Shown here piece after piece: positions 20,520-30,288 of a stretch of DNA of 32,000 nt; position 1 is the first letter of the stretch, and every line of letters starts with the position of its first letter. Source of the stretch: Rhodopseudomonas sp. NSM (GTDB lineage: Bacteria; Pseudomonadota; Alphaproteobacteria; Rhizobiales; Xanthobacteraceae); assembly GCA_052445935.1 (NCBI GenBank), contig JBQTCH010000003.1; one strand, written 5' to 3'. Both the position numbers and the translations under genes were made by a program. The notes under the pieces were generated by a model. That model did no database searches. It was not told where the DNA came from and saw only the letters and a program-made list of their open reading frames with translations.

Positions 20520-23500
20520 ATGGCAGCTCTGGTTCTTTCGGTCGCCGGTGCGGCGGCTGGTGCGGTGTTCGGGCCGGTTGGCGCGATTGCGGGGCGGATT
20601 GCGGGTGCGGTGATCGGCAATGCGCTCGATCAGTCGCTGTTCGGCTCCGGGTCGAAATCGGTCGAGGGGCCGCGACTGGCGGATCTCGAGGTGATGGCCT
20701 CGACCGAAGGCGCGCCGATTCCGCGGGTCTACGGCCGGGCGCGGCTCGCGGGGCAGGTGATCTGGGCGACCGAACTCGAAGAAGTGATCACCACGGAAGA
20801 GAGTTCGTCGGGCGGCGGCAAGGGCTCCGGCGGCGGCGCGAGCACGACGACCACGACGTATACGTACTTCGCCAATCTCGCGGTCGGGCTGTGCGAGGGG
20901 CCGATCGGCCGGGTGGCGCGGATCTGGGCCGACGGAAAGCCGCTCGATCTGTCGGGCCTCGATCTGCGCGTCCATGGCGGCGACGAGGACCAGGCGCCGG
21001 ACGATCTGATCGTGGCCAAGGAGGGCGCGGCGAACGCGCCGGCCTATCGCGGGCTGGCCTATGTGGTGTTCGAGCGGCTGCCGCTGGCCGACTACGGCAA
21101 CCGGATTCCGCAATTGTCGTTCGAGATCGTGCGGCCGATCGGCGGGCTCGAAGCGATGGTGCGCGCGGTGACGCTGATCCCCGGCACGACGGAATACGGC
21201 TACGAGCCGGCGACCCGGGTGCAGATCGTCGACAAGGGCAGCGTCGCGCCGGAGAACCGCCACGTCGCCCACGCGGTCTCCGACGTGGTCGCGTCGCTCG
21301 ACGAATTGCAGGGCGTGTGCCCGCGGCTGGAGCGCGTCGCGATCGTGGTGGCGTGGTTCGGCTCCGATCTGCGCGCCGGGCACTGCAGCGTGCGGCCGGG
21401 CGTCGAAAGCCGCGACAAATGGGTCGACGGCGCGACCTGGTCGGTCGACGGCGCGCGCCGCGGCGATGCCTGGCTGGTGTCGCAGGTCGACGGAAGGCCG
21501 GCTTACGGCGGCACGCCGTCGGACGACAGCGTCAGTCATCTGATCGGCGAGCTGAAGGCGCGCGGGCTGAAGGTGACGTTCTATCCGTTCGTGATGATGG
21601 ACGTGCCGGCCGGCAACGGCCTGCCGAATCCGTGGACCGGCACTGCGCCGCAGCCGCCTCATCCGTGGCGCGGACGGATCAGTTGCGATCCGGCGCCGGG
21701 CGTGGCCGGCTCGCCGCAGGGCACGGCGGCGGCGGCGGCGCAGGTCGAGAGCTTCTTCGCCGGCGGCGGCTGGAATTATCGCCGGATGATTTTGCACTAC
21801 GCGCGGCTTTGCGCGGAGGCGGGCGGCGTCGATGCGTTCCTGATCGGCTCGGAGTTGCGCGGGTTGACGCGGGTCCGTTCCGGTGCGGGCGTGTATCCGG
21901 CGGTGCAGCAGCTGGTGGCGCTGGCGAACGACGTGAAAGCGATCGTCGGCGGCGGCACGCTCGTCACCTATGGCGCGGACTGGACCGAATACGGCGCCGA
22001 TGTCGTGACGCCGGACGCCTCCGAGGTGCGGTTTCCGCTCGATCATTTGTGGGCACAGCCTTCGATCGGCGCGATCGGGATCGACTACTACGCGCCGCTC
22101 GCCGACTGGCGCGACGACGCCGGACATCTCGATGCGGCGATCGCCGCTTCGACTTACGATCGGGCCTATCTCGGCGGCAACCTGTTCGGCGGCGAGGCGT
22201 TCGACTGGTACTACCCGGACGAGGCCGCGCGCGCGGCGCAGCACCGGGTGCCGATCACCGACGGGCTCGGCAAGCCGTGGACCTTCCGCGTCAAGGACAT
22301 CCGGAGCTTCTGGTCGCAGCCGCATTACGAACGCGTCGGCGGCGTCGAGCTTGCCGCGCCGACCGCATGGGCGCCGATGAGCAAGCCGGTGTGGCTGACG
22401 GAGATCGGCTGTCCCGCGGTCGACAAGGGCGCCAACCAGCCGAGCGTGTTTCCCGATCCGAAATCCAGCGAGAACTATGCGCCGTATTTCTCCAGCGGCG
22501 ATCGCGACGACCTGATCCAGCGCCGCATGCTCGAAGCCATCCTCGCCGCGTTCGATCCGGCGTTCGGCGCCAGCGACGCGCGCAATCCCGTGTCGCCGGC
22601 CTATGGCGGGCGGATGATCGATCCGTCGGCGATCCATCTGTGGACCTGGGATGCGCGGCCTTATCCGGTGTTTCCGGCGGCCGAGGATGTCTGGAGCGAC
22701 GCGCCGAACTGGCAGAGCGGGCACTGGCTGACCGGACGGCTCGGCGGTGCGCCGCTGGATGCGCTGGTGGCGCGGCTCTGCGCCGACAGCGGCGTCGGCG
22801 GCGTCGATACCAGTGCATTGCGCGAGACCTGCGACGGCTATGTGGTCGACCGGCCGATGACGCCGCGGGCGATGATCGAGCCGCTGGCGATGGCGTATGC
22901 GTTCGACGCCGCCGCGGCCGACGGGAGCTTGCGCTTCGTGCAGAGCGGCGGCGCGCCGGTGGCGGAACTGGGCGAGGACGATCTGGTGCTGCCCGACAAA
23001 GGCGCGCCGTCGCGGCTGACCCGGGCGCAGGAGACCGAGCTGCCGCTCGAAGTGGCGTTCGGCTTCACGGACGCGCTCGCCGATTATCGCCGCGCGGCGG
23101 CGGCTTCGCGCCGGCTGGTCGGCGGCGCCAACCGCATGGTGCAGACCGATCTCGCGGTGGTGACCAGCGACGCCGCGGCGGCGCGGCGCGCCGAGATCTT
23201 CCTGCAGGACCTGTGGGCCGGGCGCGAGACCGCGAGCTTCGCGCTCGGACCGCAGCAGTTGGCGCTGGGGCCGGGCGACGTGGTGGCGCTGACGCTGAAC
23301 GGCCGGCGGCGGCTGTTCGAGATCAGCGAGATCGTCGACACGCAGTCGCGCGCGGTCAAGGCGCGCAGCATCGACCCGGAAGTGTTCGCGCTGCCGCTGC
23401 GCGCGCCGCGCCGGATCGCGCCGGCGATCCCGGCTGCATTGGGGCCGGCGCATGTCGTGGCGCTCGACCTGCCGGTGATCGACGCCGCCGCGCCGGACGT

Positions 23501-24377
23501 GCTGACGCGGCTCGCGGTGTTCGCCAATCCGTGGCCGGGATCGGAAGTGATCTACGCCTCCGCCGACGGCGCGAGCTATCAGCCGCTGGCGAGCGCGCTG
23601 GTACGCGCGATCATCGGCGAGACGCAGGATCCGCTGCCGCGCGGGCCGCTGGCGCGCTGGGACAATGCCACGCGCCTGCGGGTGCGGATTCTCGGCGGCG
23701 CGCTGTCGGCGCTGTCGGAGGCGCGGGTGCTCGCCGGCGGCAACGCCGCGGCGGTGCAGAACCCCGACGGCGGCTGGGAGATCCTGCAATTCGCCGGGGC
23801 CGAACTCGTCGACGGCAACACTTACTTGCTGTCGCGGCTGCTGCGCGGCCAGGCCGGGAGCGAGCAGGCGATGCGCGACCCGTTGCCGGCGGGCGCGCTG
23901 TTCGTGCTGCTGGACCGGCATCTGGTGCCGCTGGCGCGCGGGCTCGATGCGCTCGGGCGTGCGAAGCTGCTGCGCGTGGTCGCGGCCGGGCGCAGCCACG
24001 ACGATGCCAGCGCGGTGGCGCTCGGCGCGACGCCGGGGCCGACGGCGCTGCGGCCGCTGGCGCCGGTGCATCTGAAAGCGTCGCGCGATGCGGACGGCGT
24101 GCATCTGTCGTGGATCAGGCGGACCCGGATCGACGGCGACGGCTGGGGCCTCGAGGTGCCGCTCGGCGAGGCGACCGAGGCCTATGCGATCGACATCCTC
24201 GCGCCGGACGGCGCATCGGTTCGCACGCTCATCAGCGCCGCGCCGCAGGCGCTGTATGCCGCCGCCTTCGAACTCGCCGATTTCGGCGCGCCGCAACCGG
24301 GCCTGCGCGTCCGCATCGCCCAGCTCTCCGCCGCCGTCGGCCGCGGCTTCGCCACGGACGCGACCCTCGCGCTGTAG
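20520..24377 (+). CDS. GTA host-specificity / baseplate multidomain protein with a TIM-barrel-like glycoside hydrolase domain, RcGTA g15 equivalent (1285 aa)
   Basis: The N-terminus MAALVLSVAGAAAGAVFGP.GA..G...G..IG...DQ.LFG, then GPRL.DL.V..STEGAPIP.VYGR.R..G..IWAT, and the large central and C-terminal domains are typical of this family. The size and position also fit. Confidence 0.92.
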   Translation: MAALVLSVAGAAAGAVFGPVGAIAGRIAGAVIGNALDQSLFGSGSKSVEGPRLADLEVMASTEGAPIPRVYGRARLAGQVIWATELEEVITTEESSSGGGKGSGGGASTTTTTYTYFANLAVGLCEGPIGRVARIWADGKPLDLSGLDLRVHGGDEDQAPDDLIVAKEGAANAPAYRGLAYVVFERLPLADYGNRIPQLSFEIVRPIGGLEAMVRAVTLIPGTTEYGYEPATRVQIVDKGSVAPENRHVAHAVSDVVASLDELQGVCPRLERVAIVVAWFGSDLRAGHCSVRPGVESRDKWVDGATWSVDGARRGDAWLVSQVDGRPAYGGTPSDDSVSHLIGELKARGLKVTFYPFVMMDVPAGNGLPNPWTGTAPQPPHPWRGRISCDPAPGVAGSPQGTAAAAAQVESFFAGGGWNYRRMILHYARLCAEAGGVDAFLIGSELRGLTRVRSGAGVYPAVQQLVALANDVKAIVGGGTLVTYGADWTEYGADVVTPDASEVRFPLDHLWAQPSIGAIGIDYYAPLADWRDDAGHLDAAIAASTYDRAYLGGNLFGGEAFDWYYPDEAARAAQHRVPITDGLGKPWTFRVKDIRSFWSQPHYERVGGVELAAPTAWAPMSKPVWLTEIGCPAVDKGANQPSVFPDPKSSENYAPYFSSGDRDDLIQRRMLEAILAAFDPAFGASDARNPVSPAYGGRMIDPSAIHLWTWDARPYPVFPAAEDVWSDAPNWQSGHWLTGRLGGAPLDALVARLCADSGVGGVDTSALRETCDGYVVDRPMTPRAMIEPLAMAYAFDAAAADGSLRFVQSGGAPVAELGEDDLVLPDKGAPSRLTRAQETELPLEVAFGFTDALADYRRAAAASRRLVGGANRMVQTDLAVVTSDAAAARRAEIFLQDLWAGRETASFALGPQQLALGPGDVVALTLNGRRRLFEISEIVDTQSRAVKARSIDPEVFALPLRAPRRIAPAIPAALGPAHVVALDLPVIDAAAPDVLTRLAVFANPWPGSEVIYASADGASYQPLASALVRAIIGETQDPLPRGPLARWDNATRLRVRILGGALSALSEARVLAGGNAAAVQNPDGGWEILQFAGAELVDGNTYLLSRLLRGQAGSEQAMRDPLPAGALFVLLDRHLVPLARGLDALGRAKLLRVVAAGRSHDDASAVALGATPGPTALRPLAPVHLKASRDADGVHLSWIRRTRIDGDGWGLEVPLGEATEAYAIDILAPDGASVRTLISAAPQALYAAAFELADFGAPQPGLRVRIAQLSAAVGRGFATDATLAL

Positions 24378-24392
24378 ACCAAAGGAAACGCT

Positions 24393-25724
24393 ATGACCGC
24401 CACCGCCAATCTCGGGCTGCCTTTCATCGAGGCGAGCCAGGCGCAGAAGCACGTCACGCACAACGAGGCGCTGCGGATTCTCGACGCCGCGATCCAGATC
24501 GCGGTCGCCGACCGCACCCGCACCTCGCCGCCGCCGGGCCCGGCCGAGGGCGCGCGCCACATCGTCGCCGAGGGCGCCACCGGCGCCTGGAGCGGGCAGG
24601 CGCATGCGATCGCGACCTGGCAGGACGGGGCGTGGGCGTTCCTCGCGCCCAGACAAGGCTGGTGCGTGTGGTCGGTCGCCGACGACGTGCTGCTGGTGTT
24701 CGACGGCGGCAACTGGCGCGACCTGCGCGACCTGCGGGTGTCGCTCGACAACGCGCCGCGGCTCGGCGTCGGCACCACGGCGGATGCGCCCAACCTGCTC
24801 AGCGTCAAATCCGACGCCGCTTTGTTCGCCGCGATCGACCCGGCCGCCGGCGGCAGCGGTGATATTCGCGTCCAGCTCTCGAAGGCGGCAGTGGCCGACA
24901 CCGCCTCGGTGGTGTTCTCCGACGCCTATTCGGGCCGCGCGGAATTCGGCCTGGTCGGCTCGGATGCGTTCAAGCTCAAGGTTTCGGCCGACGGCGCCGG
25001 CTGGGCGGAGGCGCTGGTGATCGATCAGGTCAGCGGCAATTGCGCGCTGCCGCGCGGGCTGTCGCTGACCGGAATCGTCGCGCCGCCGCCGCTCGCCGCC
25101 GATCAGCACGACTACGCGCCGGCCGGGCTCGGCGCCGCGTCGGTGCTGCAGATCTCGGCGACCGCGGCGCGCAGCATCACCGGGCTGGCCGGCGGCGCCG
25201 AGGGGCGCGTCCTGACGTTGATCAATGTCGGCGGCCATCCGGTGACGCTGCGCGACGACAGCGCGGCGTCGGCCGCCGCCAACCGCTTCGCGCTGGGCGG
25301 CAACATCGCGATCCCCGGCAAGCAGGCGGCGCTGCTGCGCTACGACGGCAGCGCCGCGCGCTGGCTCGCGATCGCAGCCGGCCCGCGGCCGGTGACGGGC
25401 ACCTGGTCACCGACGCTGGCCGCGCTCTCCGGCACGCTCGGCGCCGCGTCGGCGACCGGCACCTACACCATCACCGGTAACAAGGTCGACTGGAGCGCGA
25501 CGATCAGCATCGCCAACATCGGCACCGCCGCCCTCGCCATCACCTTCTCCCTTCCGGCCACGCCGAACGGCTCGTATTCGGGGTACGGGCGGGAAGCAGC
25601 GGTGACGGGGCATGGGGCGTGCGTGTCAGTGGCCACGAACGGAGGTTTGGTGCAGCGATTTGACGGGGCGTTTCTGGGAGGGAATGGGTATGTAATTTGC
25701 GTGGGCGGAGCGTTCTATCTCTAG
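24393..25724 (+). CDS. DUF2793-domain protein, putative GTA fibre / receptor-binding protein (443 aa)
   Basis: MTATANLGLPFIEASQAQKHVTHNEALRILDAAIQ and ...WQDGAW.F..P..GW..W are the DUF2793 signature as I recall it. It lies directly after the g15 equivalent. Confidence 0.85.
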   Translation: MTATANLGLPFIEASQAQKHVTHNEALRILDAAIQIAVADRTRTSPPPGPAEGARHIVAEGATGAWSGQAHAIATWQDGAWAFLAPRQGWCVWSVADDVLLVFDGGNWRDLRDLRVSLDNAPRLGVGTTADAPNLLSVKSDAALFAAIDPAAGGSGDIRVQLSKAAVADTASVVFSDAYSGRAEFGLVGSDAFKLKVSADGAGWAEALVIDQVSGNCALPRGLSLTGIVAPPPLAADQHDYAPAGLGAASVLQISATAARSITGLAGGAEGRVLTLINVGGHPVTLRDDSAASAAANRFALGGNIAIPGKQAALLRYDGSAARWLAIAAGPRPVTGTWSPTLAALSGTLGAASATGTYTITGNKVDWSATISIANIGTAALAITFSLPATPNGSYSGYGREAAVTGHGACVSVATNGGLVQRFDGAFLGGNGYVICVGGAFYL

Positions 25725-25859
25725 GCAGTAGCGGCAATAGTCTGCGGATATCGATCGTCATCCCAGCAATGCCGGAACAGCGAGCATTGCCGCCTGCGGC
25801 AATTCCATCGCCGCAGGCGTCAGTCGTACGAATGGACCAGTCAACGCGCGCCGAAGCTT

Positions 25860-26804
25860 CTAGACGGAAAACTTCACCACAGCGCGGAATGGATTTTCCC
25901 GTTCATATTGTGATCCGCGGCCGACATGTTCGAATTTGAATCCGTAACAATCTGCCAAATTGCGTAGAGCTGGAATATTGGGAAAGAGAAAATTCGATAC
26001 GCCAAGCTCTCCGAGGTTCGATTTGAACGCTGGTGCCGAAGTCGGGAAAATATCGCTCGCATATTCAAATATGGGAAGGTCAGATTGTGACCTTGCCATA
26101 TGAGTCTCAATCAAGGCGTATCCGCCCGGGTTGAGAAGCGACCGCAGCTTCTTCGCTGCAGCGAAAACATTTTCAACATGATAAAGTACACCTAAGAACA
26201 AGACGACATCGAAGGTCCTGCCAAACTCGTACGCAAAGAAATCATGGGTTATCAGCTCTGGGCTTACGCCCCATGCCGAGGTTAGATATTCTATGTTTGT
26301 CGGGTACGAAGGATAGTCGGTCGAATTGATTGAGACAATTTCCCCAGCTCCGGCGAGCCCAGCAGCAACAGTGAAGAAGCCATCGTTTGCTCCCACGTCG
26401 AGTACGCTTTTCCCGGCTAGCGAACCATTCTCGATCCCAAGAGCCCGCCACATTTTGTTAGTCAGCATGAAATCGGCGTTATGCCCCTTCACCCGCCGAC
26501 CGTCAGGGAAAGTCACGCTTTGAAACCAGTTAGTCTCATTCGGGCTCGCGATTTCCTGCACATCTGTCGACAGAAATGAGGACAGAGCATCTCCCGGCTG
26601 GCCGGCCTCTTTGATTCCAAGCATATGGCGCCGAATACCTCTTTTTGCGGCCTCAGGAACGAATGGCCAGACTGTTGATCGGACGATTTCCTTGGCCCCT
26701 TCGAATGCGCTCACGGCAACTCCCCCCCGCGGTTCAGCTGGAAGATTACTTTCCAACGTTTCGATTGTCCACCACCGACGCAGACATCGAGTATCCCGAT
26801 ACAT
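25860..26804 (-). CDS. Class I SAM-dependent methyltransferase (CmoB/DUF1698-like layout)
   Basis: Motif I is GKSVLDVGANDGFF with GAGEIVSIN. FDVVLFLGVLYHVENV and LLNPGGYALIET follow. WFQSVTFPDGRRVKG precedes motif I, as in the CmoB-like family. The start is uncertain. The region is lower in GC. Confidence 0.75.
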   Translation of the reverse strand: MYRDTRCLRRWWTIETLESNLPAEPRGGVAVSAFEGAKEIVRSTVWPFVPEAAKRGIRRHMLGIKEAGQPGDALSSFLSTDVQEIASPNETNWFQSVTFPDGRRVKGHNADFMLTNKMWRALGIENGSLAGKSVLDVGANDGFFTVAAGLAGAGEIVSINSTDYPSYPTNIEYLTSAWGVSPELITHDFFAYEFGRTFDVVLFLGVLYHVENVFAAAKKLRSLLNPGGYALIETHMARSQSDLPIFEYASDIFPTSAPAFKSNLGELGVSNFLFPNIPALRNLADCYGFKFEHVGRGSQYERENPFRAVVKFSV

Positions 26805-27007
26805 GAATCGATTTGAAGGCTAACTAACGCAGATGACGGCAACTACAGGGTCAGAAAGATCGAAGTGAGCTGGATGGCCAGATCTTGGGGTCAAACAAAT
26901 CATCTATTTGAAATCGAGTATCAATGTTCCTTCACGGAAATGGAAATCGCATTTAGTTATTGAAGTTTGGCATCCTTCGAGTGGCGTTCTCGACCGAGGC
27001 GGAAGTA

Positions 27008-28303
27008 TCAAAGTTCAACCAAAACGTATTGGAAGAAAAGACCCAATTCTCGAGGATCGGTTGAAGTTCCGGCCTCTGCCGGGCTGTGCGGGCGATCAAT
27101 TGTGAATTTGAGCTGAAGAGGTTTGGCGCATCGAGCGATTTCATTGGGAACGAATAGCGCGTGCATTGTGGTGTTGCCGAAGAAAGCCTTTGGGGACTTT
27201 GGTGGCACAGACCAAAATTCCTTCCATTCTGTCCCGAGAATTTCGACTGTAACTTTCATATCCGGAACGAGAGCGGTGAGGTGAGGAGTCGCCATAAAAA
27301 TAAAGGTTACGTAAGGAGATCGCGAGCGCCCCTCGGGAAGATCAGCAAAGCTCATGACAGCTTCGGAGCCGACCGTCCAAACCCCTCCCGGCTCCGGCCG
27401 CGAAAATCCGCTGGACAGCATGCTGAGATTTTCGTCCCCGGAAAACGTGAACTGCTTACCGATAACCGAGAGGCTTCGCAGAGGATAGTAGGGCGTCTCG
27501 TGATGCGCGGTGCAGTATGCGCATGCGTCTGGCAATGGCGATCTGAGCCAGTCCTTCAAGGATAGTCCTTCGTCGGCGTCAATGCGATACTCGAGTTCGT
27601 CCACGCGATCCAGGAATGCTTTTGTAACGCGGGGGCTGAAGCGTGAAGCTGGCGCGACGCAACAGCGGTGGACCTCGCCTGTGTCCGCGAGGCTGACATT
27701 GTCGGCGAGTTCGCAATCCAGAGGAAATCCGTACATCGGTTCCTCCGTAAACTGCCACTCGCGAAAATGAAAGGCGTCGTTCGTGTCGATGTTTTCGGGG
27801 CGAGTCCGCTTCAGTTTTTCGATCAGTGAGTTGTATCGATCGACGCCGCCGACGTCGTGGATTACGTCCGCATAGCGCGAGAATGTAATTCCATCGCCGG
27901 CTTCCAGGCCTGACGGATAATCGTCCATCTCTCCGAGCCAAAACCCGTTTGTTGTAATGACGAATCGGGCGCGGTAAGCCATGCCGGCCCTGAGACGATG
28001 GACAAAATCGGCGAGGTTTTTGTGTAGGAAGGGCTCGCCGCCGAGAATATTTACAGCGTCGAACTTTACGTGCCTGTCGTGCATCTTGTTGATGTACTTA
28101 ACGAAGGCATCAACATCGCCTTGGTGTGCTTTGCGATGTGGGGAGGAGGTCGTACAGAACTGGCATCGTTGTGTGCAATGATCCGCAGCGTAGATCTGTA
28201 ACGAAGGAATGACGAGATATCCGTTTTCGTCTCGGAATTTCTCCACCGATTTCGGAGCGCGGTGGCTGTAGTTCTTGAATCGGTGGGCGAACGATTCATT
28301 CAT
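27008..28303 (-). CDS. Radical SAM enzyme with a ~150-aa C-terminal extension (431 aa)
   Basis: The CxxxCxxC cluster is present in AADHCTQRCQFCT, followed by ILGGEPF. Later Cys pairs (RCCVAP, DACAYCTAHH) suggest an auxiliary cluster. There is an ATGA overlap with the upstream gene 28300..29220. Confidence 0.8.
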   Translation of the reverse strand: MNESFAHRFKNYSHRAPKSVEKFRDENGYLVIPSLQIYAADHCTQRCQFCTTSSPHRKAHQGDVDAFVKYINKMHDRHVKFDAVNILGGEPFLHKNLADFVHRLRAGMAYRARFVITTNGFWLGEMDDYPSGLEAGDGITFSRYADVIHDVGGVDRYNSLIEKLKRTRPENIDTNDAFHFREWQFTEEPMYGFPLDCELADNVSLADTGEVHRCCVAPASRFSPRVTKAFLDRVDELEYRIDADEGLSLKDWLRSPLPDACAYCTAHHETPYYPLRSLSVIGKQFTFSGDENLSMLSSGFSRPEPGGVWTVGSEAVMSFADLPEGRSRSPYVTFIFMATPHLTALVPDMKVTVEILGTEWKEFWSVPPKSPKAFFGNTTMHALFVPNEIARCAKPLQLKFTIDRPHSPAEAGTSTDPRELGLFFQYVLVEL

Positions 28304-29220
28304 TTGGAGAGCTCCGAGCGCGTTGCAATAAAGGATTTCCAGCCGTGCAATGCGCGTTTATTGAATTCCCAAACGGTAAGGGGCGGTTTTCCGCAAATAT
28401 ATTCCGCGCAGCTAAAAACGTAGCGTCCAGATCGACGGAGTAGATCGTACAGGCAAAATTCGTCGTGTCGGTGAACCGCCGGCAAGTAACGCTGATCCAT
28501 TACAAACAGAATGTGACTGTCGCTATCTAGGAGCGTATGCGCACCCAGCAATGCTTCGCAGATGTGGCAGCCTGAAATTTTGACCAGATCAACGGCAGGT
28601 TCGTCGCCCAAGACATCGTCGTAGGTAGTTGATTCGATGTCCGCAAACGACGGAGGGGCTGGCGCGTAAACAGGGGCGTCGCCGATCATTCTCACTTCGG
28701 TTTTGTTGGTGATCGCGTAGTGCCTGTGGCTGTCGGCAAGTAGCGCCGGAACAATTGTGCAGCGTCGCCCGATTCGTTTGTGCAGCTCTTCGATGGCGGA
28801 TGGGAAGCCTTCGACAGCTGTAGTGGTCGCGCCAGCCTGGATGAATTTTTTCGCGTAGACGCCTGAAAACGCACCGATATCGACGCAGGTCTTCCCCGGG
28901 CCCACCAGTCGATTCAGGACATCGTCCAAGTGGATATACTCCATGCTGGGATCCGACCCTGAAAGATCGGGATCGGGCGCGATCAGCGGCGCGAGCCTTC
29001 GGAGTGGAGATGGGAGGCGGTTGCGCATCCGAAGCCGGAATCTGAGCGCCTTGATGTTAATGTTGCGGCCGGCGGGCGGATTGGGCAATGCGCGCACGAT
29101 AATACCTCCAATTACGCGAACATCTAAAGCGTAACACGTGGCGGAATCAACCTTAACTTGCTTGTTCCAGTCGCGGGGTCCCCATCGAAGCACCCCAAAG
29201 TTGGTCTGGACCGCAAGCAA
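28300..29220 (-). CDS. FkbM-type SAM-dependent methyltransferase
   Basis: KTCVDIGAFSGVYAKKFIQAGATTTAVEGFPSAIEEL resembles the FkbM-family motif DIGAN.G.....F......V.AFEP.P. The true start is probably internal, for example MRNRLPS or MEYIHLDD. Confidence 0.6.
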   Translation of the reverse strand: MLAVQTNFGVLRWGPRDWNKQVKVDSATCYALDVRVIGGIIVRALPNPPAGRNINIKALRFRLRMRNRLPSPLRRLAPLIAPDPDLSGSDPSMEYIHLDDVLNRLVGPGKTCVDIGAFSGVYAKKFIQAGATTTAVEGFPSAIEELHKRIGRRCTIVPALLADSHRHYAITNKTEVRMIGDAPVYAPAPPSFADIESTTYDDVLGDEPAVDLVKISGCHICEALLGAHTLLDSDSHILFVMDQRYLPAVHRHDEFCLYDLLRRSGRYVFSCAEYICGKPPLTVWEFNKRALHGWKSFIATRSELSK

Positions 29221-29495
29221 AACCGATAGTTGTCTGGATCACCGACGATGGGCACAATCCCTTTATCCCGGGAAATTTTGTCGCGGCCTGTATGGATGAA
29301 TCCGCGCAGCGCCAACTGCCTATGACCCAGTGGCGATCAGAATCGTTTTCGGCTCACTAAGCTGGAAGAGTTCTTATGGCGCGCACGGCGGTCCGGCGAT
29401 GCGCGAGAGCTTGGATTGTTCTTCCGTTACGTTCTCGTCGAGATATAGCTGCGATCTGCACGCGAGAATGTCGGGCCGGCGGAATGAGGCTCGCT

Positions 29496-30173
29496 TCAAC
29501 GATAGAACCTTCGACGCCCGCGGATGGATCGCAGGAAGGCGTAGCCATTGCTGACGTTGGCGACGTCGAACATCGTCGACCATTCTTCGAAGATGTAGTT
29601 GCGATCGAGGTCGGTCGCGATGATGGCGATCCCGTCCTTTTCGAGGATGCGGTCGATTTCGATCAGCCACTTGTTGCGCTCGCGATGCCCAGGTGCAGTG
29701 GAGAAACGCGGCGAGGTCGAAAACACGAAATCCGCAGTTTCCGAAGCGATCGATAGTGGAGGGTACGCGTCGGTTGTGGTGAAAACCACGCGATCGGCAG
29801 GAACGGTCGTGGCGTGAACAACGTCAATCCCCAGAACGTCGGCATTGGGAAAGATCGATGCCAGAGTGTTTGTGCGGTCCCCGGTCCCACAAAACAGGTC
29901 GACGACGTCCTCGAAATCGAGCGTCGTTCGCACGTCGAATTCGCAAATCAACGAACTAATCACAGAGATCATATCGGCTGATGCGTTAACCCGGCACTGT
30001 CGACCGGGCAGATGGCAAAGGGCTCTGGCGACTCTTAGACCGATTTGCCGGAAGCCGCGAGCGGTCGACCGGCGGCATTCCATTGAAATCGGCCGGGGCG
30101 GCTGATCCGGGTCGGCGGAACGGGTAACATAACAGATCTTTCCATCGCAGGACGAGAGGGCACCCAGCGACAT
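29496..30173 (-). CDS. Class I SAM-dependent methyltransferase (225 aa)
   Basis: Motif I is VVDLFCGTGDRT, followed by ADVLGIDV. Downstream are FVFS and ILEKDGIAII. The start is uncertain. Confidence 0.6.
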   Translation of the reverse strand: MSLGALSSCDGKICYVTRSADPDQPPRPISMECRRSTARGFRQIGLRVARALCHLPGRQCRVNASADMISVISSLICEFDVRTTLDFEDVVDLFCGTGDRTNTLASIFPNADVLGIDVVHATTVPADRVVFTTTDAYPPLSIASETADFVFSTSPRFSTAPGHRERNKWLIEIDRILEKDGIAIIATDLDRNYIFEEWSTMFDVANVSNGYAFLRSIRGRRRFYR

Positions 30174-30288
30174 GGGTCATGTGTGAGGCGCCAAGCTTTC
30201 CTGGCGAGTGTTCGCCCCGATCAGCGTGGATATCGCAAGCCGATATCGGCCGAAGCCCGGCGGAGACGAGGTCGGGAGGGATGGCAGG

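Noticed and set aside
20340-25238. A 1632-aa ORF on the - strand and a 1458-aa alternative + frame ORF (20486..24862) spanning the host-specificity and DUF2793 genes
   Set aside because: Their translations are Arg/Ala/Pro/Gly-rich low complexity, typical of shadow frames in ~70% GC DNA. Both are fully overlapped by + strand genes with clear family signatures.
1336-25724. Interpretation of the structural cluster as an ordinary prophage rather than a GTA
   Set aside because: The gene set and order match the RcGTA-type large cluster: the DUF3168 protein, rcc01693-family ORF, short tape measure, DUF2460 and DUF2163 proteins, NlpC/P60 peptidase, TIM-barrel host-specificity protein and DUF2793 protein. 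No integrase, repressor, replication or lysis genes are visible. The terminase region is outside the window, so this remains an inference.
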